DNA from: Halorutilales archaeon Cl-col2-1
GTDB taxonomy: Archaea; Halobacteriota; Halobacteria; Halobacteriales; Afararchaeaceae
Assembly: GCA_041891055.1 (NCBI GenBank)
Contig: CP169074.1
Coordinates: forward strand, 1,664,001 to 1,728,000
DNA: 64,000 nt
Reading direction: 5' to 3'
How positions within the stretch are numbered: position 1 is the stretch's first letter; every line of letters starts with the position of its first letter. Positions 28,587 to 37,803 of the stretch are shown here, piece by piece. The notes beneath the pieces were generated by a model that made no database searches, was not told the DNA's origin, and worked only from the letters and a program-made list of their open reading frames with translations. The position numbers and the translations under genes are program-made.

Positions 28587-29774
28587 ATGTCTCCCAGCCA
28601 TACTTTCAGCGTAGACCGATGGTCGAGGACATACGTCGCGACGAGTGCCGTCTTCCTCGTGGCGTGGCAGGCGTCGTCCTTCGTCGACACTGACTGGCGG
28701 AGCCGTCTCATACTGGGTGTCCTCGGATTCGTCCTCCACGTAGTCTTCGGAAAGGCGTACACACTCGTTCCGTCGTACTTCGAGACGAGCCTCGCCTACG
28801 AAGCCGCTCCTGCGGTTCAGTTTCCGCTCACCTCTCTCGGAACTCTAATTCTTTCAGCCAACCCGGGGTCGGCTCTCGGAGGAATCCTCTGGATCGCGGG
28901 CGTCGGTATCTTCGTTGTGTCTCTCGGCGTGAGCCTCCGCGGAAATCTCACAGGCAGGGAAACGGGAACCGCCGAGACGAAGCAGGAAAGACGTACTGTC
29001 GACAGATACTCGAACGCCGCCATACCCTTCGCTCTCGTCTATCTCGTCCTCGGATCGTATCTACTCGTCGCCTCGAACTTCAGTGCGCTCCCGTGTCCCG
29101 TTTCCGTGGGATGTCAAGTCGGCTCTGTTCTCCATCTTCTCGCTGCGGGGACGGGAGGAGTCATGGTCTTCGGCGTCGGCTTCCGTCTCCTTCCAAGACT
29201 CCTAGTCTCACATCCCTCGCGCCGTCTTGTCGCACTCGTCCTTCCGACGGGCGTGGTCGCCCCGTCTTTCTTAGCCCTCGATCTAAACGGAGGAATCCTG
29301 TTCCGACTCGGTGCTGTACTCGAATCGGTCGCTGTCATCGGATTCGGTGCGGCTTACTTCGGCATGGTGCGACGATCCGAGAGAAGACGTGTTGGTCTGT
29401 ACGGTGTCCTCGCGGGCGCGGTCTTCGGTGCCTTAGGCGTCGTGATCGGCTCGGGGTTCGCGTTCGACGTCTTTTCCGTCTCGGATCTTAGGCTAACCCA
29501 CGCACGTCTCAATGTCCTCGGATTCCTCGGTCTCACTATCATCGGTGTGGCTTACCAGTTCTACCCGCCGAACGTCGGCTCCTTCTTAGGTGCGAACGAC
29601 GAGACGGCGCTCGCCTCGATAGCACTTATCGCCTCGGGTCTCGTAGTCGAGACTGCGTCTTCGGTCATCCCGGTCTCACTATTACTCCCGGGACGCCTTC
29701 TGACTCTCGTGGGGACTTCTCTCTATGCCTATGTATTACTACGTCTCTTCTACGAGAAGGAGTCCGGCGGCTGA
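28587..29774 (+). CDS. Polytopic membrane protein with intramembrane His motifs
   Basis: About 12 hydrophobic segments; HLLAAG and HARLNVLGF motifs. Confidence 0.7.
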   Translation: MSPSHTFSVDRWSRTYVATSAVFLVAWQASSFVDTDWRSRLILGVLGFVLHVVFGKAYTLVPSYFETSLAYEAAPAVQFPLTSLGTLILSANPGSALGGILWIAGVGIFVVSLGVSLRGNLTGRETGTAETKQERRTVDRYSNAAIPFALVYLVLGSYLLVASNFSALPCPVSVGCQVGSVLHLLAAGTGGVMVFGVGFRLLPRLLVSHPSRRLVALVLPTGVVAPSFLALDLNGGILFRLGAVLESVAVIGFGAAYFGMVRRSERRRVGLYGVLAGAVFGALGVVIGSGFAFDVFSVSDLRLTHARLNVLGFLGLTIIGVAYQFYPPNVGSFLGANDETALASIALIASGLVVETASSVIPVSLLLPGRLLTLVGTSLYAYVLLRLFYEKESGG

Positions 29775-30227
29775 CTACGTCTCCGATTTCACCCTCTCCA
29801 GCGTCTCACTCACGTCGTCCCAGTGTGAACCCTTCCAGTAGAGCTTTCCACAGCCGGTGCATCTCCAGACGGTCTCCACTTCGCTGGGAACACAGTCGCG
29901 GTCGGGGGTCTCGCCGGTCTCCTCGACCACGGAGTTACAGACGGAGCATCTCTCGGGTTCGTCGAGTTCGAGTTCGATCCCCGTCTCGTAGACCTCTCTG
30001 AGCTGATCCTCGATGTCGCGTGACTCTATCAGAACCGAGGGACTGACCGACTCTGAGAGCTGTATGTCACGTGTGAGAAGAGTCCGATCATCGTCGCTCA
30101 GATGTCTCCTTATCGAGTCGTCGTCCTCAGCATCAATCTCGAGAGCGTAGACGGTGTCGTGTCCCACCATACGCAGGTAAGTTGTGAGCTTTCCGAGCAT
30201 CACGTCGGTGAAGAATCTCGTCATCAC
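29775..30227 (-). CDS. Mut7-C RNase domain protein
   Basis: DVMLGKL..YLR, LLTRD, CSVCN and C..CGKLYWKGSH motifs. Confidence 0.9.
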   Translation of the reverse strand: MMTRFFTDVMLGKLTTYLRMVGHDTVYALEIDAEDDDSIRRHLSDDDRTLLTRDIQLSESVSPSVLIESRDIEDQLREVYETGIELELDEPERCSVCNSVVEETGETPDRDCVPSEVETVWRCTGCGKLYWKGSHWDDVSETLERVKSET

Positions 30228-30670
30228 CGTCTCGTCTTGTCGTCCTCGACGTCGCTTGTGACCTTGTTCAGGAAGTTATTCCATCTCTTCTGGTCGGCTG
30301 TCTCGGCGCGCCGTGCCTCCTCGTTGAGGTCGCTTCTCGATCCCTTGACCGACTCCCTTATAGACGTGAGTGCCCTGTCGAGTCCCACGATAAGGTCGAC
30401 TATCTCCTTGCCCCTCTCGTATGACATCCCGTTATTCTCTTCCTGGAGCGAGTTATACAGCGAACTCCGTTTTCTTCTGAGTTTCTTCTTGAGAGTCTCG
30501 GGGTCGTAGTCGGGGTCGGGCTTCGACTCCGAACGCAGACCCAGGACTACCTCTTTGAGACGTATCTCCTCTCCGTCGACTTCGACTTCCTCGGGTACTC
30601 CGCTCCCGACGAATGACGAACCTCTGTCTACGCGTTCGAGAAGCGTCTCCCTCTCGTAGGGCTTCATCAC
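30224..30670 (-). CDS. Conserved archaeal protein (DUF5788-like)
   Basis: YERETLLERV...P...IVGLDRAL..D.KRW pattern. Confidence 0.7.
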   Translation of the reverse strand: MMKPYERETLLERVDRGSSFVGSGVPEEVEVDGEEIRLKEVVLGLRSESKPDPDYDPETLKKKLRRKRSSLYNSLQEENNGMSYERGKEIVDLIVGLDRALTSIRESVKGSRSDLNEEARRAETADQKRWNNFLNKVTSDVEDDKTRR

Positions 30671-30757
30671 CCTATCTACGGTCTCGTATCTAAAACAGCT
30701 TTCCGTACTACAGTACAGTACACCAAGTTATATACCCGACGAGGGCTTATCGCGTGT

Positions 30758-31639
30758 ATGGAAACCTGCGACGAGTGTGGCAAGGAAATCGACGGCATAC
30801 CTTACGACTGCCGTCTCTGTGGAGGCACCTTCTGTTCCGAACACCGTCTCCCTGAGAACCACGACTGCCCCAACCTGTCGTCGTACGAGAGCCCACAGAC
30901 GCGTGGCAAGAAGTCGGAGCCATCCTCGGCGGAGTCGTCGTGGTCTTCGGCTGTCTCGTCTCTACTACCCGGTCTACCCACGGGACTCCGCGGAAACGCG
31001 ACCTATCTCCTTCTCGCGGCGATGGTCGTGACATACCTTCTTCAGATAGTCGTGCTACAGGTCTCACAGGGTCTACACACTACGGTCTTCGTCCTCACCA
31101 CCGAGAACCCACTCTACGTCTGGACGTGGATCACGAGTATATTCTCCCACTCGCCGTCGAACCCGATGCATATCTTCTTCAACGGGATAGTCCTCTACTT
31201 CTTCGGGACGTTCCTCGAAAAACGCATAGGCACGCGTAAGTTCCTCGGACTCTTCTTCGTCGGAGGCGTAGTCGCTGGACTCGCACAGACGGGCGTGACT
31301 ATCGCACAGGGTGGTGTAGGCGGCGTCCTGGGCGCGTCGGGAGCCGTCGCCGCAGTACTCGGGACTCTCACGCTTCTCAATCCCAACATGCGTATCTACC
31401 TCTACTTCTTCATACCCATGCCTCTCTGGGTAGCCACCTCGCTGTTCGCGTTCTACGAGGTCTTCCTCACGGCGAGCTTCGGAGCCGGGGCGGGAGGCGT
31501 CGCACGTCTCGCACATCTCTCGGGACTCGCGATAGGACTCGCATACGGCTGGAAGCTCAGGAAGGAGGGATACAGCGTCGGAAGACGTATGTCCCTCTCG
31601 GGAGGACGTGGCGGCGGAGGACGCCGCGGAGGTCTCTGA
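30758..31639 (+). CDS. Rhomboid intramembrane protease with AN1 zinc finger
   Basis: C..C...C..CGGTFCSEHRLPENHDC; HIFFN, GASGA and AHLSG motifs. Confidence 0.93.
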   Translation: METCDECGKEIDGIPYDCRLCGGTFCSEHRLPENHDCPNLSSYESPQTRGKKSEPSSAESSWSSAVSSLLPGLPTGLRGNATYLLLAAMVVTYLLQIVVLQVSQGLHTTVFVLTTENPLYVWTWITSIFSHSPSNPMHIFFNGIVLYFFGTFLEKRIGTRKFLGLFFVGGVVAGLAQTGVTIAQGGVGGVLGASGAVAAVLGTLTLLNPNMRIYLYFFIPMPLWVATSLFAFYEVFLTASFGAGAGGVARLAHLSGLAIGLAYGWKLRKEGYSVGRRMSLSGGRGGGGRRGGL

Positions 31640-31685
31640 GTCGCACTCCCCGAAATCTTAAATAGACGGAATCTGTAGCCGCGGC

Positions 31686-32123
31686 ATGGAGACACACAGG
31701 TCACTCCCCGACATCTCAGTAGCGTCTCTGCTGACCGCGCTTCTGACAGTCCTCGCGTGGTCTGTAATAATAAGCCAGACAGTGGGCTACCTCGCCGTAT
31801 ACGTGTTTCCGTTTTTCGGCTCCGAACCGTCGGTCTTCTCGGGTATGATACTACTTCTGTCGGCTGTGTCTGCCGCGGTCTACTTAAGATCCGGGGGCTC
31901 GCTTGAGTTCCTCGGCAAGCTTGCCGGAACTGCCCTCGTGATACAGATACTCGTCGGTCTGTCCGCCTTCGGAGTTTTCGGAGAGGGTCTGTCTCCCGGT
32001 ACTCTCATCTCCGCAGTCGGCATCGGCGTCTACGTCTTCGGAAGCTACGCGGTCGCTCTATACTTGGTTCATCGCTACGGCGTCTACTCCGGAGTCGACC
32101 TCCGACGACGTACTGTAACGTAA
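31686..32123 (+). CDS. Hypothetical membrane protein
   Basis: Four hydrophobic segments. Confidence 0.6.
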   Translation: METHRSLPDISVASLLTALLTVLAWSVIISQTVGYLAVYVFPFFGSEPSVFSGMILLLSAVSAAVYLRSGGSLEFLGKLAGTALVIQILVGLSAFGVFGEGLSPGTLISAVGIGVYVFGSYAVALYLVHRYGVYSGVDLRRRTVT

Positions 32124-32160
32124 CGTAACCGTTAGGTTCTACTCTCACGAAGATCCGTTA

Positions 32161-33471
32161 ATGAGAGGTTTTGTCATAGCGGGGACTTCGAGCGGAGTCG
32201 GAAAGACGACTGCGACGCTCGCGGTGATGGACGCACTCACGGACGAGGGAGATGTTCAGGGATACAAGGTAGGACCCGACTACATAGACCCGAGCCACCA
32301 CGAGTATGTCACGGGGAAGCCCTCGCGCACACTCGACTTACATATGATGGGCGAGGACGGCGTCCGACGTAACTACGCGAGGGGCGATGGAGAGTACGGC
32401 GTCGTCGAGGGAGTCATGGGGATGTACGACTCCTACGACGAGAGTACCGCGAAGGTCGCCGAGACACTCGGTCTTCCCGTCGTCCTCGTTGTCGACGCCA
32501 CCGCGGGTATGGAGAGTGTCGCCGCGACGGCTCTCGGATTCGCCGAGTACGCTCAGGCGCGGGGATCGGACGTCGAAGTCGCGGGTGTTATCGCCAACAA
32601 GGCGTCGAGCGACAGACACGTCTCCGGAATAAGAGACGGACTCGAAGCCGTCGGCATCGACTTCCTCGGAAATATACCGCGATCCGACGACCTCGAAGTT
32701 CCGAGTCGCCATCTCGGTCTCGAAATGGGCGACGAGTCGCCGTTCGACGACGACGCTCTCTCGCGTGCTTCCGACTCTATCGACACGCAGGCTCTCGAAT
32801 CCGTCGCGTCCGAAGCCGATACTCCCGATCCACGCCGTACGACTGATAAAACAGCCGATGATGCCGACTCAGACATACGCGTCGGTGTCGCTCGCGACTC
32901 CGCCTTCAGCTTCTACTATCCGCGTAGCCTCGAAGTCCTGAGTTCGAACGCCGAGGTCGTGACCTTCTCACCCCTCGAAGACGAACTACCCGAGGCTGAC
33001 GCCTACTACTTCGGAGGAGGCTATCCCGAGCTACATCCCGAGAAGCTTGAGGACAACGAGTCGATGAGATCTGACGTCTTAGACGCCGCGTCTGAGGGGA
33101 AGCCGATCTTAGGTGAGTGTGGCGGATTCATGTACCTCAGCGAGTCACTCACCGTCGACGGCGAGACCTACGAGATGGCGGGTGTACTGCCGTCCCAGGT
33201 CGAGATGACGGAGTCGTTAGAGGCGGTGGGATACACCGAGGTCGAGCCCACTGGCGCCTCCGACGTCCTCGGACGCCGAAGACTTAATGGACACGAGTTC
33301 CATTACTCGAAGACACAGATAGACCGCGACGCCACGACAGCTTTCGACGTCGTCAGAGGTAAGGGTATAGACGGTGACCGTGACGGCGTCGTCGAGTATA
33401 ACACGGTGGGATGTTACACACATCTCCATCCCGAGTCACAGGACTACATCGCGGCTCTGATTGACAGATAG
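32161..33471 (+). CDS. cbiA: Cobyrinate a,c-diamide synthase
   Basis: SGVGKTT, KVGPDYIDP, EGVMG, GGYPE, ECGG and HEFHYS motifs. Confidence 0.93.
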   Translation: MRGFVIAGTSSGVGKTTATLAVMDALTDEGDVQGYKVGPDYIDPSHHEYVTGKPSRTLDLHMMGEDGVRRNYARGDGEYGVVEGVMGMYDSYDESTAKVAETLGLPVVLVVDATAGMESVAATALGFAEYAQARGSDVEVAGVIANKASSDRHVSGIRDGLEAVGIDFLGNIPRSDDLEVPSRHLGLEMGDESPFDDDALSRASDSIDTQALESVASEADTPDPRRTTDKTADDADSDIRVGVARDSAFSFYYPRSLEVLSSNAEVVTFSPLEDELPEADAYYFGGGYPELHPEKLEDNESMRSDVLDAASEGKPILGECGGFMYLSESLTVDGETYEMAGVLPSQVEMTESLEAVGYTEVEPTGASDVLGRRRLNGHEFHYSKTQIDRDATTAFDVVRGKGIDGDRDGVVEYNTVGCYTHLHPESQDYIAALIDR

Positions 33472-33473
33472 AA

Positions 33474-34757
33474 ATGACATCTCTCGACGACTTCACCGAC
33501 GACTCCGAAACCGGTGACGACCGTGGTGAGGACGAGTTGGACGTCGACGTCGGTACTGACACATCGGATCTTTACACCGTCTCGGAGGTCACACAGACCG
33601 TAAAGAGCCTCCTGGAGTCCGACCCTGACCTCTCGGACGTGGCTGTGAGAGGCGAGGTCTCGAACTTCCACCACCATTCTAGCGGTCATATGTACTTCAG
33701 TCTCAAGGACGATGACTCGTCGCTCGGCTGTGTGATGTTCCGGAGGAACGCGTCGTCACTCGACTTCGACCCCGATGACGGTGATGAGGTCGTCGCAGAG
33801 GGACGTGTATCGGTCTACGAGGAGAGAGGCGAGTATCAGCTATACGTCGAGTCGATGTCGGAGGCGGGGAGAGGCGACCTCTACGAGGAGTTCGTAAGGC
33901 TCAAGAACAAGCTCGAAGATGAGGGTCTCTTCGACGACGAAGACAAGAAGCCGATACCCGACATTCCCGACCATGTCGGCGTCGTCACGAGCGACTCGGG
34001 TGCGGCGGTACACGACATACTCGACGTCTTAGGGAGACGTTTCCCCGTCGAAGTCACAGTCTCGCCCGCGAAGGTACAGGGCGACGGCGCGGCTCCCGAG
34101 ATACGTGATGCTATCGAGGAGATCGACTCCGAAGGCTGTGACGTCGTAGTAGTCGGCAGGGGCGGCGGATCGATAGAAGACCTCTGGGCATTCAACGAGG
34201 AGGAGGTCGCGCGTGCGGTCTACGGTTGCGAGACGCCTGTCGTGAGTGCCGTGGGGCACCAGGTCGACAACACACTCACCGACCTCGTTGCGGACGAGTC
34301 GGCTGCGACACCCAGCGAGGCAGCCGAGATAGCTGTCCCCGAGAGACGTGACCTACTCGGACGTCTCGAAGAGACGGAGACGAGGATCGAGTCGGCTGTC
34401 TACTCCGAGATAGACTCGTACCACAGGAGGCTCGACACCTACGAACGTCTCTTAGACCGTCACGACGTAGTCGGCGAGTACTCCGAGACTCTCGAAGAGA
34501 TTGAGGAACGTCTAGAGGGCGGCGTCGAGGATCTACTCGAAGACAGACGTGACGAGGTATCGAGGTACGCGGGTCTCCTCGACTCGCTCAGTCCTCTCAG
34601 TGTCCTTTCGAGGGGCTACTCGGTCGCCGAGTCGGACGGTGACGTCGTCACGAGTGCCGAAGACTTAGACGAGGGTGATCCTCTCGAAGTCAGACTCTCC
34701 GACGGAAGAGTAAAGAGTCGCGTCGAAGACGTCTCTACAAGACAAGGAGACTTATAG
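33474..34757 (+). CDS. xseA: Exodeoxyribonuclease VII large subunit
   Basis: SGHMYFSLKD, RGGGSIEDLWAFN and TPSEAAE motifs. Confidence 0.95.
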   Translation: MTSLDDFTDDSETGDDRGEDELDVDVGTDTSDLYTVSEVTQTVKSLLESDPDLSDVAVRGEVSNFHHHSSGHMYFSLKDDDSSLGCVMFRRNASSLDFDPDDGDEVVAEGRVSVYEERGEYQLYVESMSEAGRGDLYEEFVRLKNKLEDEGLFDDEDKKPIPDIPDHVGVVTSDSGAAVHDILDVLGRRFPVEVTVSPAKVQGDGAAPEIRDAIEEIDSEGCDVVVVGRGGGSIEDLWAFNEEEVARAVYGCETPVVSAVGHQVDNTLTDLVADESAATPSEAAEIAVPERRDLLGRLEETETRIESAVYSEIDSYHRRLDTYERLLDRHDVVGEYSETLEEIEERLEGGVEDLLEDRRDEVSRYAGLLDSLSPLSVLSRGYSVAESDGDVVTSAEDLDEGDPLEVRLSDGRVKSRVEDVSTRQGDL

Positions 34758-34763
34758 AATAGA

Positions 34764-35009
34764 ATGACTCAGACTAACACTGATACCGACACGGACGACG
34801 AGATGAGCTTCGAGGAACGTCTCGACCGTCTCGACGATGTCGTCGAACGTCTCGAAGCCGACGACGTGGGACTCGACGAGTCCTTGAGTCTCTACGAGGA
34901 AGGTGTGAGACTCTTGGAGGAATGCAGGAGCCGCCTTGAGGACGTCGAGACGAGGGTCGAAGCAATCGGGGAAGCCGATATACAGCACGAGTCCGACGAC
35001 CATAACTAA
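34764..35009 (+). CDS. xseB: Exodeoxyribonuclease VII small subunit
   Basis: SFEE...LE...LDESLSLYEEG motif; follows xseA. Confidence 0.92.
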   Translation: MTQTNTDTDTDDEMSFEERLDRLDDVVERLEADDVGLDESLSLYEEGVRLLEECRSRLEDVETRVEAIGEADIQHESDDHN

Positions 35010-35018
35010 TAGATAAAT

Positions 35019-35801
35019 ATGACATCTGAAGACACACAGACTGATACCGAGACCGACATGGAGGTCGCTCTACTCGAATCCACTCCCGATCCCGAGGAGG
35101 TTGCCTGTCGAGCCGCGAGGAACGACTACATGACTGAGTGGGTCGTCGACAAGAGCTTCGATGAGGTCATGGAGTCGGTCGACGGTGACACCATAGACGA
35201 CAAGAAAGAAACTCTGATACACCACCTTATGCGGAGGGGGCATTACGGACCCTTCGAGCATCCTCAGGCTACCTTCTCTGTCAAGTCGATGAGCCGTGTC
35301 TGTATGGCACAGATCACGCGCCACAGACACGCCTCGTTCGATGTCCAGTCGCTAAGATATACAGTACCCGGGCGTGGTGACATTGACGACCCCGAGGACG
35401 TCGAGGAGTACGTCGTTGTGCCACCCTCGGTGACTGCGGAGGAGTGGAAGTCACGTGAAACGGGGATGGTTGAGTTCGATGTCCCGCCTGACGAGAGGAA
35501 ACACAGGTTCTTAGAGACGTGTTACGACGACTTCGAGACCTACTTCGACCTCATAGACGACGGAGTGCCCGCCGAGGACGCGAGGTTTGTCCTGCCTCAG
35601 GCGACGAAGGTCAACGTAGTCTTCTCGATAAATGCACGGGGTCTAATGCACATCTTTGACATGAGGGCGGCGGGTGACGCACAGTGGGAAGTTCGTGAGA
35701 TGTCGGAGGAGATACTCGAACTCGCGAAGGACTGGATGCCCACGACTTTCTCATTTTACGAGAGCGAAATGAAGGATAGAAAGAACCGTCTTGGACCGTG
35801 A
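35019..35801 (+). CDS. thyX: Flavin-dependent thymidylate synthase
   Basis: GHYGPFEH, RHRHASFDVQSLRY and EDARFVLP motifs. Confidence 0.95.
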   Translation: MTSEDTQTDTETDMEVALLESTPDPEEVACRAARNDYMTEWVVDKSFDEVMESVDGDTIDDKKETLIHHLMRRGHYGPFEHPQATFSVKSMSRVCMAQITRHRHASFDVQSLRYTVPGRGDIDDPEDVEEYVVVPPSVTAEEWKSRETGMVEFDVPPDERKHRFLETCYDDFETYFDLIDDGVPAEDARFVLPQATKVNVVFSINARGLMHIFDMRAAGDAQWEVREMSEEILELAKDWMPTTFSFYESEMKDRKNRLGP

Positions 35802-35847
35802 CACTGACCATGACAAGTGCTTAGTCGCGCCGCGACTTACCCGTAGT

Positions 35848-36162
35848 ATGCAGAAAGTCACCACCGAGACGGTTCCTGGACGTGAGATAGAAGAGTCGCT
35901 CGGTATAGCGCGGGGAAACACCGTGAAGGCACGTAATGCCGGAATGGATCTGATACAGGCGATACGTAACTTCACAGGAGGGGAGCTAAAGGGCTACTCC
36001 GACCTCCTTACCTCAGCGCGTGAGGAGGCTCTGGAGAGGATGGAGGAGGACGCCGAGTCGATGGGTGCCGACGCAGTCGTCAACGTCAGAATGGAGAGCT
36101 CACAGGTCACAGACGGCGGCTCGGAGGTCATAGCCTACGGCACAGCCGTCCGTCTCGACTGA
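35848..36162 (+). CDS. YbjQ/UPF0145 family protein
   Basis: GGELKGYS, GADAVVNVR and AYGTAV motifs. Confidence 0.9.
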   Translation: MQKVTTETVPGREIEESLGIARGNTVKARNAGMDLIQAIRNFTGGELKGYSDLLTSAREEALERMEEDAESMGADAVVNVRMESSQVTDGGSEVIAYGTAVRLD

Positions 36163-36951
36163 TCAAAGCCCCTGTTCTGCCTCGGTTTCGAGACCCAGTG
36201 ACCCAGACTCGATTACGTCTTCGAGGTAGCCGTTTATTCTCGGGCTCACGTAGTCCTCGGGATCGGGTTCTGTCTCCGACGAGACTGACGACGCGTCTCT
36301 GAGTGCGAGCCTCTCGGCTACCTCGACTACCTCGTCGTCGGGGTCACCGTCGGCTCCTATCGAGACGGCAGCGAGGTACGCCTGTGTGTACTCGACCGCG
36401 TCCTCCTCGACGACGGACTCGGGGTCGTCTGTGTCTATCTTACGAGCCTGACTGCTTCCGAACGAGTTTATGACACGTGTACCCATCGGAAGGTCGTCAC
36501 CCAGACGTCCCAGACCTATGCTCACGAGTATGTCGGCTCCCAGGAGCTCCATGTCCTCCTCGACGGGCTCCAAACCGACGTCCTCCCACGACGACGGGTC
36601 GTCTACTATCTCTCTTATCCTACATAGACCGGTGTGTATGAGCTGTATGCCGGCGCATTTCGAGACGTCTACCGACGCCGACGAGTCGGAGTCGGCTGTC
36701 TGATCCCGGTGATCGCGGTCACCCTCTGTGGCTTCGGAGTCGTACTCGTCAACCCTCGAAGCAAGAAAACAGAGCATAGCCGGCTTGAGGTCGGAGGAAG
36801 CCACCATCTCACGTATGAGGCTCCTCAGTTCCTCGGGCTCGATCTCACGAGAAGACGGATGTGAGTCTGAGGCTTCACCAACTTGAACTTCCTGAGTCAG
36901 AGACAGGAGTTCAGATCTGAGCCTCCTAAGATCCTCTTTGAACGCACTCAT
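36163..36951 (-). CDS. Hypothetical protein, degenerate prenyltransferase-like fold
   Basis: AGIQLIH..L and LLGADILVS motifs; likely start MSAFK at 36951. Confidence 0.55.
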   Translation of the reverse strand: MSAFKEDLRRLRSELLSLTQEVQVGEASDSHPSSREIEPEELRSLIREMVASSDLKPAMLCFLASRVDEYDSEATEGDRDHRDQTADSDSSASVDVSKCAGIQLIHTGLCRIREIVDDPSSWEDVGLEPVEEDMELLGADILVSIGLGRLGDDLPMGTRVINSFGSSQARKIDTDDPESVVEEDAVEYTQAYLAAVSIGADGDPDDEVVEVAERLALRDASSVSSETEPDPEDYVSPRINGYLEDVIESGSLGLETEAEQGL

Positions 36952-37065
36952 CGATGTGTTAGGAGTAGGGCTCACAAACCCATATGTGTTTGCATATAAT
37001 ACGCAGACGGACACCCGTAGACGCCAAAGTAAAGTAGTATATGTCTAATTCCCGAAGTCGGCTGT

Positions 37066-37803
37066 ATGATAAGGAAGCAGACAGACGGTGGTGTGGCGAC
37101 AGTCACCGTCGACCGTCCCGAGAAACGCAACGCCTTCAACGAGGAGATGCTACGTGACTTCAGAGACAGTATTACAGAAGCAGGAGAGGAGGCTGACGCA
37201 GTGATCATACGCGGAGAGGGCGACGCCTTCATAGCCGGAGCCGATGTCAGCCATGTACGTACACTCGACTCCAAAGACGCGGAGGAGTTCGCGCGTCTCG
37301 GACACTCCGTCGCCGACGCGATAGAGGACTCGCCCGCTCCAGTCATAGCCGCGGTCGACGGCGCGTGTATGGGAGGGGGAACAGAGTTCATACTCGCTTG
37401 TGACCTCAGGTACGCCACACCGAGGTCGGAGTTCGGAGAGCCCGGTGTTAAGATAGGCATCTTCGGGGGCTGGGGAGGAACCTACCGTCTCCCGCGTCTC
37501 GTCGGACTCTCCGACGCGATGGATCTCGCACTTACGGGACGCACTGTCGACGCCGAAGAGGCGGACGCAATAGACCTCGTTAACGAAGTCGTAGATGACG
37601 CCGAGGACAAGGCGTATGAAGTCGCCGAGGAGATAGCTTCGAGACGGTCGGAGGCTATACGGACTGTCAAACAGTCGATCACTAACGGATACGAGCTACA
37701 CAAGGAGGAAGCACTCGAACACGAGCGGAGACTCTTCGCCGAGCTATTCGAGGACGGTGTCGAGGAGTACGTCGACTCTTACCTCGAAAGCCTAAACGAC
37801 TGA
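37066..37803 (+). CDS. Enoyl-CoA hydratase/isomerase
   Basis: AFIAGAD, GGGTE and GGTYRLPRLVG motifs. Confidence 0.93.
   Translation: MIRKQTDGGVATVTVDRPEKRNAFNEEMLRDFRDSITEAGEEADAVIIRGEGDAFIAGADVSHVRTLDSKDAEEFARLGHSVADAIEDSPAPVIAAVDGACMGGGTEFILACDLRYATPRSEFGEPGVKIGIFGGWGGTYRLPRLVGLSDAMDLALTGRTVDAEEADAIDLVNEVVDDAEDKAYEVAEEIASRRSEAIRTVKQSITNGYELHKEEALEHERRLFAELFEDGVEEYVDSYLESLND

Noticed and set aside
33474-35009. Bacterial-type ExoVII in an archaeon as a novelty
   Set aside because: xseAB is already known from several archaeal lineages; ordinary arrangement here
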